Positions 8,859 through 17,474 of a stretch of DNA of 63,499 nucleotides are shown piece after piece. How positions within the stretch are numbered: the first letter of the stretch is position 1; every line of letters begins with the position of its first letter. The stretch is from Candidatus Campbellbacteria bacterium (lineage in GTDB: Bacteria > Patescibacteriota > Minisyncoccia > Phycocordibacterales > JABAAK01), in the NCBI GenBank assembly GCA_028817035.1, contig JAPPQH010000005.1:1-63499 (forward strand). The letters run 5' to 3'. The notes beneath the pieces are model-generated. The model was not told where the DNA came from, ran no database searches, and saw only the letters and a list, made by a program, of their open reading frames with translations. The position numbers were made by a program, and so were the translations under genes.

Positions 8859-9080
8859 CAAACATTTCGCTTAACACACAAAATAAAAGGAGTTCTGGCT
8901 CGCTACCGACAGAACCAATCGCGATAGCGATTTGGGTTTTGCGAAGCAAAACTTGGCGGGTGGAGCAGCGAGCGACAGCGAGCGCCGGAACCAAAACAAA
9001 AATGTATAATTTCTTTAACATTTTTGTTTTGGTTTGGTACCGTCAAGTGAGATTCCTACCATTCGCACAAACATTTCGCT
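8845..9080 (+). mobile_element. 182-bp hairpin-rich insert flanked by a perfect 27-bp duplication of the tRNA-Ile 3' end
   Basis: TCCTACCATTCGCACAAACATTTCGCT occurs at 8845-8871 and 9054-9080. The insert holds a GTTTTGCGAAGCAAAAC hairpin, a GAGCGACAGCGAG motif and a 15-bp stem (CCAAAACAAAAATGT / ACATTTTTGTTTTGG). Confidence 0.6.
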
Positions 9081-9094
9081 CTTGTAAAGATTAA

Positions 9095-9124
9095 CGCCCC
9101 GAACGAAATTAATCGTTCGGGGCG
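9095..9124 (-). terminator. Terminator of the 9152-9667 gene
   Basis: 12-bp stem CGCCCCGAACGA / TCGTTCGGGGCG with a 6-nt loop. Confidence 0.6.
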
Positions 9125-9151
9125 TGTGGATTGCTCGCCACAACCTTCTCC

Positions 9152-9667
9152 TCACTTGGGATCCAGTTCTGTGGGATCGCTACCGCCTTCTGCAAGCGGA
9201 GGTCCTGCTTGGGGGGTTGTTTCACCAAAATCTAACCCAAAGTCTGTAGGCACAATTGTCCCGTCATGCATTTGTCCTTCTTCATCTCCATTATTTTTCT
9301 TTTCCATAAAGTTGATGAAAAAATTGCTCGCACAAAACAAAAGTGCCCCATCAATGAGCGCGAGACCCGACAAAAAAAGCAAGGAGTCATCGTCTTTGAA
9401 GAAAGCCCATAAAAGACCAGCGATAAAAGCAAGGAAAGCTGTAAGAAAGCAAAAGTAGGTTAGATGCTCTACAGTTTGCTTAATCACTGTCTCTTCATAT
9501 GAATCATGGATACACAAACCAAGACGAACAAGGATGTATACACAAAGAGACATTACAAACGCCAAGCTGATTGATGAAATAAAAGGCAAAAGCAGAATTG
9601 CTCCACATGCAACCACAGTTGACGGAAGCAACAACGGAAGCAGAAAAGCTTGTTTTTGTTCCAACAT
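9152..9667 (-). CDS. Hypothetical membrane protein with acidic C-terminal tail (171 aa), SD-led
   Basis: About four hydrophobic helices. TAGGAGGAAAACGAT precedes the ATG. Promoter TTGTCA-17-TATAGT lies at 9700-9728. Confidence 0.65.
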   Translation of the reverse strand: MLEQKQAFLLPLLLPSTVVACGAILLLPFISSISLAFVMSLCVYILVRLGLCIHDSYEETVIKQTVEHLTYFCFLTAFLAFIAGLLWAFFKDDDSLLFLSGLALIDGALLFCASNFFINFMEKKNNGDEEGQMHDGTIVPTDFGLDFGETTPQAGPPLAEGGSDPTELDPK

Positions 9668-9699
9668 ATCGTTTTCCTCCTAAAAAGATCACCATTATT

Positions 9700-9728
9700 A
9701 CTATACACTATAATTTCCACTTTGACAA
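9700..9728 (-). promoter_or_regulatory. Sigma70-like promoter for 9152-9667
   Basis: TTGTCA (9723-9728), 17-nt spacer, TATAGT (9700-9705) preceded by TG. Confidence 0.55.
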
Positions 9729-9892
9729 AAAGCGAAATTATGCCAAAATGAGATTGGTGAACCTATGGTTCATTGTTCCTCACACACCCCCATCCAAGAC
9801 CAACGAACACCATGTTGCATCGTGAGCTATATGCCTGCGTTGCGAACATGGTGTTCTTTATTTTTGTCACATCACCAATCCTATCCTACGCA

Positions 9893-9936
9893 TTGACAAA
9901 CCTTTTAAATTCCCTAATAATCAACATAGGGAATTT
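9893..9936 (+). promoter_or_regulatory. Promoter of the gor-like gene overlapped by a 10-bp-arm palindrome (candidate operator)
   Basis: TTGACA (9893-9898), 16-nt spacer, TAATAA (9915-9920). AAATTCCCTA (9907-9916) and TAGGGAATTT (9927-9936) form the arms of the inverted repeat. Confidence 0.55.
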
Positions 9937-9975
9937 TCCCATAAACTGATCTTTGAAACAAAGGAGGAAAAGAGT

Positions 9976-11433
9976 ATGGGTAACCAAAAGAAGAAGATCT
10001 ACGACATGATTGTCGTGGGAGGAGGAAGTGGCGGCATCGCAGGTGCCATTCGGGCAGGACAACTTGGCAAAAATGTATTGTTGGTAGAGTCAGCAATCTT
10101 GGGTGGCACATGTGTCAACCTGGGTTGTGTGCCAAAGAAACTGCTTTTCTCTGCTGCAGACTTTATGTCGTCCGTGAAAAACGCTGAGGAGTTTTTCTCG
10201 GTTGAGGAAATCATTTTCAGACAGGAAATTTTCAAGAGCAAATCAAGGAATTATATAGGACGACTGGGTAATGATGTATACCCTCAAAAACTCAACGAGG
10301 CAGGGGTTGAGGTTGTTGAAAGTCGAGCACAAAGCATCAGATTGCTCGCCAACAGAAATGGAGTGGAAGTGACGACAGACACACAAAAGAACTTTCACGG
10401 CAAAAAAGTCCTCATAGCCACTGGTAGTAAGCCCTATGTTCCCAAAATCAAGGGTGCAGAGCTGGGTATTACCAGTGATGATTTTTGGTTCCTTGAGAAA
10501 CTCCCCGAAAGCGTTGCGATAGTTGGTGGTGGTTACATAGCCACTGAATTCGCAAACATTCTTCATCGGCTTGGTGTCAAGGTAACCATGCTTATCCGCG
10601 GAGAAAATATTTTGCGCGGATTTGATGAGGATATCGTCAGGTTTGTTTCCGAAGAGATGTCTAGTTCAGGCATAACGATCGTCAACAAAGCGAATATCAA
10701 GTCGCTGGAAAGGACGAACGGAAAAATCTCTATATGGAACGGACCGACCCCTCTCAATGGGTTTGAAACAGTCATCTGGGCAACCGGACGCATCCCCAAC
10801 GCAAACTTTGAGGGAATCAAACTCCCTCTGGACGACAAAGGCAAGATACTTGTTGGAAAAGGCAACCAAAAGGTTTTGGGGTCCGAGCGTGTCTATGCCG
10901 TGGGAGATGTGTGTAATCGCGGCATGGATTTAACGCCATCTGCCATACATGACGCGAGGCTTCTTATGGAGCTACTCTTCGGCAAGAAAAAGCTTCCCCC
11001 TACCGATGCCTTCTCATCCTGTTCAAGCAGTGTTCCAACTGTTGTCTTCAGCACACCGACAATTTGTGCTGTAGGCATAACCGAAAAGGAAGCGAGGGAA
11101 AGGTATGGAGAAGCGGTGAATGTGGTTAAGGTCGAGTTTAACAGTCTTGACGGAGCACTTGGAGAAAAGAAGGTGCGCAACACCTACAAGGCTGTTATTG
11201 TCGATGAGGAAGGTAGCCCTGAAAATCCTGGGAGCCACATCATAGTCGGTATCCACTTGGCAGGTGGCAAGTATGTTGCGGAAGTGGCACAGCTAATCCC
11301 CCTGCTTTTGGAGAAAAAGCTGCAAGACATCAAGCCTGCCCTTGACCACTTGGTCCATCCGACTGCTACAGAGGAGTTGGCAGGAATGATCGTGCGTTAC
11401 ATCTACGAAAAACTTCCTGCTAAGGTCTGCTGA
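9976..11433 (+). CDS. gor: Glutathione-disulfide reductase-like class I pyridine nucleotide-disulfide oxidoreductase
   Basis: VVGGGSGG FAD motif, redox centre GGTCVNLGCVPKK, C-terminal HPTATEE. Preceded by AAAGGAGGAAAAGAGT and visibly GC-richer than its neighbours. Confidence 0.85.
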   Translation: MGNQKKKIYDMIVVGGGSGGIAGAIRAGQLGKNVLLVESAILGGTCVNLGCVPKKLLFSAADFMSSVKNAEEFFSVEEIIFRQEIFKSKSRNYIGRLGNDVYPQKLNEAGVEVVESRAQSIRLLANRNGVEVTTDTQKNFHGKKVLIATGSKPYVPKIKGAELGITSDDFWFLEKLPESVAIVGGGYIATEFANILHRLGVKVTMLIRGENILRGFDEDIVRFVSEEMSSSGITIVNKANIKSLERTNGKISIWNGPTPLNGFETVIWATGRIPNANFEGIKLPLDDKGKILVGKGNQKVLGSERVYAVGDVCNRGMDLTPSAIHDARLLMELLFGKKKLPPTDAFSSCSSSVPTVVFSTPTICAVGITEKEARERYGEAVNVVKVEFNSLDGALGEKKVRNTYKAVIVDEEGSPENPGSHIIVGIHLAGGKYVAEVAQLIPLLLEKKLQDIKPALDHLVHPTATEELAGMIVRYIYEKLPAKVC

Positions 11434-11458
11434 AAGCGAATCGGATGATCTTTATTAC

Positions 11459-11488
11459 TGCCCGCACTCACAGTGCGGGCATTTTTTA
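11459..11488 (+). terminator. Intrinsic terminator of gor
   Basis: TGCCCGCACT-CAC-AGTGCGGGCA followed by TTTTTT. Confidence 0.8.
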
Positions 11489-11495
11489 TAAAAAC

Positions 11496-11527
11496 AAAAA
11501 AGATATGCGGCTAAGCATATCTTTTTT
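11496..11527. terminator. Bidirectional A/T-flanked hairpin terminator
   Basis: AAAAAAGATATGC / GCATATCTTTTTT. It separates gor from the 16S trailer. Confidence 0.6.
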
Positions 11528-11704
11528 GACATATTTTTTTCAATACAAAATACAAAACATCAGTTTATGTTTTCTTTTGTTCCGTCCAACCGCCGATAAC
11601 GTTATTTCGGAAAAACGGGCACATATTTTGAGACATTAGTGCCATTGTCTCAGCGATTTCTCGCTGATCAACCTATTCACTTACGCGAAAAATTGCGTAA
11701 GAAA

Positions 11705-13160
<1,456 letters not shown>

Positions 13161-13295
13161 ATTGAATAACGGTTGAGCGGAACAAAAGAAAACACAAATT
13201 ATTATTTGAGCTCTTTAAGACTGGTTGCATTTTGTATTGAACAAAAATATGTTAAAGATCTTCCCTGCTCTCCTACAAAGAAAGCAAGGACTTTC

Positions 13296-13324
13296 ATTGT
13301 ATCACTTCATCCATAAGTATGCAA
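13296..13324 (-). promoter_or_regulatory. Candidate 16S promoter
   Basis: TTGCAT (13319-13324), 17-nt spacer, TACAAT (13296-13301), upstream of the leader half of the processing stem. Confidence 0.55.
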
Positions 13325-13345
13325 CCCTATGATATGGGATATCTT

Positions 13346-13374
13346 TTGACATAGAACAACCAATGGTGTATATA
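13346..13374 (+). promoter_or_regulatory. Promoter of the Cys-rich protein gene, divergent from the 16S promoter
   Basis: TTGACA (13346-13351), 17-nt spacer ending in TG, TATATA (13369-13374). Confidence 0.55.
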
Positions 13375-13416
13375 ACTTTTAGGTTCTTTTTAGGAAAAAC
13401 AAAGGAGGTATCCAAG

Positions 13417-14085
13417 ATGACCACGCAAAATGCTGGGCATCAAGGATGCCCAGGCGGAGAGAAGAAAGAAGAGGAAGGAAAGAAGGGTGTGTGGTGCTAT
13501 TGTAAGAAGTGTAAAGGATGGAGGGAGCACTGCGCACATGGTCTTTGTAAGCTTTGCTACAATAAGCAACGGAAGGCGAGAGAGTTCCTATGCCCAGGGT
13601 GTAAAAGATGGAGGGAATACTGCGCACACGGTTTCTGCAAGAGTTGCTACAACAAGCAATGTTGTAAGGCGAGAGAGTTCCTATGCCCAGGATGTGAAAG
13701 ATGGAGGGAATACTGCGCACACGGTTTCTGCAAGAGTTGCTACAACAAGAAACGGAAGGCGATAGAGCTCCTATGTCTAGGGTGTGAAGAACAGAGGGAG
13801 CACTGCGCACACAAACTCTGTCGTCGGTGTTACAAAAAAGTTCGGCGCCTAGCCAAAAAAGAAGGGCTGACAGTGAAAAAATTTTTGGCAAAGGAAGGAG
13901 CGAAGATATTACCATTTGCACCTTCACCGCCACGACCAAAGTCATCAAAAGCGAAAAAGGGTAACAAGCTTTTGACAAAAAAAGAAATGTCGTTGCCAAA
14001 AGAACAAAGGGTGAAACTCATCAAAGAAAGAAGGCTATCTCTCATCAAAAATGCTGTTGAGAGGTATCAATTGCCAAAATATTAA
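13417..14085 (+). CDS. Basic protein with four tandem CxxC-x6-CxH-xx-CxxC zinc-binding modules and a Lys-rich tail
   Basis: ATG at 13417 preceded by CAAAGGAGGTATCCAAG. Four repeats of C..C......CAHG.C..CY, and a 93-bp near-identical DNA duplication from about 13578 and 13671. Confidence 0.75.
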   Translation: MTTQNAGHQGCPGGEKKEEEGKKGVWCYCKKCKGWREHCAHGLCKLCYNKQRKAREFLCPGCKRWREYCAHGFCKSCYNKQCCKAREFLCPGCERWREYCAHGFCKSCYNKKRKAIELLCLGCEEQREHCAHKLCRRCYKKVRRLAKKEGLTVKKFLAKEGAKILPFAPSPPRPKSSKAKKGNKLLTKKEMSLPKEQRVKLIKERRLSLIKNAVERYQLPKY

Positions 14086-14128
14086 CACCCAGAAATCATT
14101 ATGGAAGATGATTTCTGGGTGCTTTTTT
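14086..14128 (+). terminator. Intrinsic terminator of the Cys-rich protein gene
   Basis: 14-bp stem CACCCAGAAATCAT / ATGATTTCTGGGTG followed by CTTTTTT. Confidence 0.8.
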
Positions 14129-14148
14129 CCCCAACTCTGCCTCCAACT

Positions 14149-14236
14149 CCGCGACCCTGCGAGCAAAACCAAGCGAGTGGCGGAGCCACGAGCGATAATG
14201 AATAATGAATAAGGAGGGGCTCGCGGAGCGAGCCCC
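14149..14236 (+). repeat. GC-rich interspersed repeat, copy R2
   Basis: CCTGCGAGCAAAACCAAGCGAGTGGCGGAGCCACGAGCGATAATGAATAATGAATAAGG, then a GGGGCTCGC-GGA-GCGAGCCCC hairpin. Confidence 0.75.
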
Positions 14237-14278
14237 GGGGGGTTGACAAATCTTGCGACTTGGTATACCATATATATT

Positions 14279-14390
14279 GAGGGTCGGAGAGTTCTCCAAC
14301 CTTTCGGGATGGGGGACTAAAAATCCCGTTAAAAGTCCCCTAGCGGGTGTGTGGAGACTAGCAACCTCTCCACCACCCGCTTAATCTTTT
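14279..14390 (+). ncRNA. Unassigned small structured RNA of about 110 nt with a predicted pseudoknot
   Basis: Promoter TTGACA (14243-14248), 17-nt spacer, TACCAT (14266-14271). Closing helices GGGU/ACCC and GGAGAG/CUCUCC. The loop of hairpin CGGGA/UCCCG (GGGGACU, 14312-14318) pairs with AGUCCCC (14334-14340). 3' CUUUUUA. Confidence 0.5.
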
Positions 14391-15481
14391 TATATCTTAA
14401 ACAAAACGATATCACCGTCTTGAACCACATAGTCCTTCCCTTCTGTTCGGGCAAGTCCATTTTCTCTCGCCACTGCCAAAGAACCACACTTTACAAAATC
14501 ATCATAGCCAACGACTTCTGCTCTTATAAATTTTTCTTCAAAATCAGTATGTATCGCACTGCCCGCCTTCGGCGCTTTGCTTCCCTTTTTTATAGTCCAA
14601 GCACGGGTTTCTTTTTCTCCCACCGTAAAAAAAGTTATCAATCCAAGTAATTTATAGCACTCGCTTATAAGAGAATCCAGAGAGTCAACTTTTATTCCCA
14701 CTTCTTTACAGAAAAGTTCCCTCTCTTCTTGGCTCACCTGTGACAAACTATTTTCTGCAAATACATCAAGTATTATCGCTTTTATATTCCGCTGTTCAAT
14801 TATCTCGCATGCATATTGGTATGATTCATTGCTCTGCTCCACATTCTCACCTGCCATCTCAACATTAAATATGTATAGCATTGGTTTTATGCTTAGAAAA
14901 CCAAGATTGTTCAGCGCGGTCTTTTCATCTTCTTCAAAATCACCTTCCAAAAGTGGTTTTTCTTTTTCAAGGTATCCGATTGCTTTTGTGATAAGTGCCA
15001 GTTCTTTTTTCGCTTCAGGGTCTTTTTTTGCATCTTTTTTCAGTTTTTCAGCGCGTCTGTTTGATATCCCTAAATCATAAAGTATGAGTTCAAGCGATAT
15101 TGTTTCTATGTCTCTTTTTGGATTGGGCGCACCATCAACATGGACTATCTTTGAGTTTTTGAAAAGTCGAACCACCTGAACTATCGCATCAACCTCTCTT
15201 ATGTTTGAGAGAAATTCATTGCCAAGACCTTCACCTGACGAAGCGCCTTTGACCAAACCTGCGATATCAACATACTGAACCACCGCTGGTATTTTCTCTT
15301 TTGAATTTGCAAGCTCAGACAGCCTTTCAAGTCGCTTGTCAGGAACAGGAACTATTCCGACAGATGGCTTTATCGTGCAGAACGGATAATTTTCTGCAGG
15401 GACGGATTGACCTGTTAGTGTGTTGAAGAGTGTTGATTTACCTACATTGGGCAGACCCACTATGCCGAGAGTTAATGACAT
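14390..15481 (-). CDS. ychF: Ribosome-binding ATPase YchF
   Basis: [13 protein letters not shown]1 motif, a TGS-like C terminus and 363 aa typical of YchF/OLA1. Confidence 0.92.
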   Translation of the reverse strand: MSLTLGIVGLPNVGKSTLFNTLTGQSVPAENYPFCTIKPSVGIVPVPDKRLERLSELANSKEKIPAVVQYVDIAGLVKGASSGEGLGNEFLSNIREVDAIVQVVRLFKNSKIVHVDGAPNPKRDIETISLELILYDLGISNRRAEKLKKDAKKDPEAKKELALITKAIGYLEKEKPLLEGDFEEDEKTALNNLGFLSIKPMLYIFNVEMAGENVEQSNESYQYACEIIEQRNIKAIILDVFAENSLSQVSQEERELFCKEVGIKVDSLDSLISECYKLLGLITFFTVGEKETRAWTIKKGSKAPKAGSAIHTDFEEKFIRAEVVGYDDFVKCGSLAVARENGLARTEGKDYVVQDGDIVLFKI

Positions 15482-15484
15482 AAT

Positions 15485-16069
15485 TTAACAAGCTTTTTTA
15501 CCTAAACTTTCTATCTTTTCCAGCCAACTCTTCCTCACTGTTTCATCTACTTTTTCTGCTGGTCCAAAAGTACTGACTTTAACAGGGCTAAAACCACTAA
15601 AACCTAAAATGCCTCTTGATATTTCATTTGTAAAATCTCCATACTTCCAAAACAAGCGCCACGGAGCGTCCGTCCCTGCGATAATTATCACCCTTGCGCT
15701 CTTGCCTGCAAGAAGTTTTTTTAATGACTTTGTTTTCTTGTCAAAGTTAAAAGCAAAGCCAGGCAAAAAAGCACGGTCAAAAACTCCCTTTAATAATGCG
15801 GGCATCGTAGACCACCAGTTTGGATAAAGAATCACGATATGATCTGCCCATTTTATATTTCCCTGAAACTCCAGCAAGTCTGGTTCAAGCGGTTGTATTT
15901 CCCTATAGCCATTATGGAGTATGGGGTCAAACTTCATATCTCCTATATTCATTCTTTTGATACTATGCCCTGCTTTTTTCGCAGCGTTTTCATATGTATC
16001 AGCACACGCTGATGAGAAAGAGCCTTTTACTGAATTGCCGAGGAACACAAAAATCTTTTTTTTCTCCAT
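15485..16069 (-). CDS. Flavodoxin-like fold NAD(P)H dehydrogenase (quinone) family protein
   Basis: 194 aa. The pattern IFVFLGN...ADHIVILYPNWWSTMPALLKGVFDR matches the Flavodoxin_2 / MdaB-KefF-like pattern as I recall it. Confidence 0.7.
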   Translation of the reverse strand: MEKKKIFVFLGNSVKGSFSSACADTYENAAKKAGHSIKRMNIGDMKFDPILHNGYREIQPLEPDLLEFQGNIKWADHIVILYPNWWSTMPALLKGVFDRAFLPGFAFNFDKKTKSLKKLLAGKSARVIIIAGTDAPWRLFWKYGDFTNEISRGILGFSGFSPVKVSTFGPAEKVDETVRKSWLEKIESLGKKAC

Positions 16070-16071
16070 AT

Positions 16072-16581
16072 CTATTTGTTTATTTGGGTTTGGGTTGTTA
16101 CTGGCTTGTAGAAAGAATTATACAAAAAACCAGACAAGGATATGACTATCAAATACATGCCCAACACACTGACAAAATCATCAGAGCTTGTTATTGGAAC
16201 ATAATATATTCTTGAAAAAACAACATAAAAAAGATAAGTATACCAAGAAGCAAACATAAGCGGTGGTCCAAACCACATGGGTATCCTGTGCGCTGTCATC
16301 AAGACCGCATTAGAGATTATCACCAACATTATGAGAGCACGAAACCAAACGGAATAGTCTGAAAAGTCGGTGAGGAAAAGGAGGAGTATGAGAATTATGC
16401 TTAATGAGAACATCGCCAAGCGCAAAACAAAATATATGCTACCCATTATCCTCCTTTCAGATTTTTCTATGACTCCATCTTGAATTGATGCGAAATATGA
16501 CAAAACCGCAAAAGTAGATACGCCAGCACCCAAACTAATCATCAGAGATTCTAAAAATATGAGTAGTGTGATATCAAACAT
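16072..16581 (-). CDS. Hypothetical integral membrane protein
   Basis: 169-aa ORF with 5-6 hydrophobic helices, tightly packed with its neighbours. Confidence 0.6.
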   Translation of the reverse strand: MFDITLLIFLESLMISLGAGVSTFAVLSYFASIQDGVIEKSERRIMGSIYFVLRLAMFSLSIILILLLFLTDFSDYSVWFRALIMLVIISNAVLMTAHRIPMWFGPPLMFASWYTYLFYVVFSRIYYVPITSSDDFVSVLGMYLIVISLSGFLYNSFYKPVTTQTQINK

Positions 16582-16584
16582 GGT

Positions 16585-16812
16585 TTATTTCATTGTATCA
16601 ATTATCTTCTGGCGATACTGCTTCATAACGGCGATTGAGGCGAGTGTTTCGTCCTGCCCTTCTTTTTTGCGCTTTTCTATCTGGTCGTTTATCTCTTTGA
16701 ACAACTGAGGATTTTTCTCTATCAACCTTTCAACAAACTCCCTCTGTTCTGGTGGTAGTTTTTTGAGTTTTGACTCCATCGCCTTCCTGTAAAAAAAATC
16801 TTTAATTCCCAT
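16585..16812 (-). CDS. Small hypothetical helical protein (75 aa)
   Basis: The track ORF trimmed to M28, because upstream codons translate tRNA-Ala. TATTAT lies 6 nt upstream of the ATG. Confidence 0.55.
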   Translation of the reverse strand: MGIKDFFYRKAMESKLKKLPPEQREFVERLIEKNPQLFKEINDQIEKRKKEGQDETLASIAVMKQYRQKIIDTMK

Positions 16813-16834
16813 ATATCTATAATACCTTAATTTG

Positions 16835-16908
16835 TGGACCCGACAGGAATCGAACCTGCGACCTCCGGAGTGCAAAACCGGTGCTCTAGCCAACTGAGCT
16901 ACGGGCCC
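16835..16908 (-). tRNA. tRNA-Ala (anticodon UGC)
   Basis: GGGCCCG acceptor with G3-U70, loop TTTGCAC, GCAGG-TTCGATT-CCTGT T arm. Confidence 0.9.
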
Positions 16909-16951
16909 ATTAGGTAATTATTAATTCTATCACAATATTCTTTTTCGTGTA

Positions 16952-16983
16952 CAAAAAGATATGGCGACCAGCGGTCGCCATAT
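16952..16983 (-). terminator. Intrinsic terminator
   Basis: ATATGGCGACC-AGC-GGTCGCCATAT, followed by CTTTTTG on the minus strand. Confidence 0.7.
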
Positions 16984-16984
16984 G

Positions 16985-17224
16985 TCAGTTAAGAGAATAA
17001 GGGGCTTCGGGTATGATGATTATACCATTGCCGTTTTTGGTCCCTACCATCTCCTCTATCCGATTACGATCTTTCTCGTATAGGTGAGCAAGCAATTTCT
17101 CCTGCCACTCCCCTATTTCTCGCTGTCTTTCTGGCGACAGAGTCGCTGGGTCTGACAGCCCGAGAGACTGATAAAATTCCTTGAGAGCCTTGAGAGATAG
17201 AGCCTTTGTGTCATTATTTTCCAC
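16985..17224 (-). CDS. Possible small protein (79 aa) with GTG start
   Basis: The track ORF trimmed because its N terminus translates tRNA-Leu. AGGTGG lies 6 nt upstream of the GTG, and the gene has its own terminator. The start is uncertain. Confidence 0.35.
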   Translation of the reverse strand: MENNDTKALSLKALKEFYQSLGLSDPATLSPERQREIGEWQEKLLAHLYEKDRNRIEEMVGTKNGNGIIIIPEAPYSLN

Positions 17225-17311
17225 CTTCAACCACCTCGCTGTGTAAGGAACATTTGAAACAACCAAGTTAATTATACATAAAGAAAAAAGTTGTTGCAAT
17301 AATTTTTGTAG

Positions 17312-17394
17312 TGGGCAAGGAGGGACTTGAACCCTCACTGGATAAATCCAACTGCGTCCTAAGCGCAGCGCGTCTGCCATTCCGCCACTTGCCC
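17312..17394 (-). tRNA. tRNA-Leu (anticodon UAG)
   Basis: Class II tRNA: GGGCAAG acceptor, CTGCG-CTTAGGA-CGCAG anticodon arm, long variable arm, GAGGG-TTCAAGT-CCCTC T arm. Confidence 0.9.
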
Positions 17395-17423
17395 ATCTAT
17401 AAAATGATACATCAAAATATACC

Positions 17424-17467
17424 AAAAATAAAAGGCCGTTTACATTTATTACGCGTAAACGACCTTT
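17424..17467 (-). terminator. Terminator separating the atypical tRNA-like gene from tRNA-Leu
   Basis: AAAGGTCGTTTAC / GTAAACGGCCTTT stem with one mismatch, followed by TTATTTTTGG on the minus strand. Confidence 0.6.
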
Positions 17468-17474
17468 GGGATCG

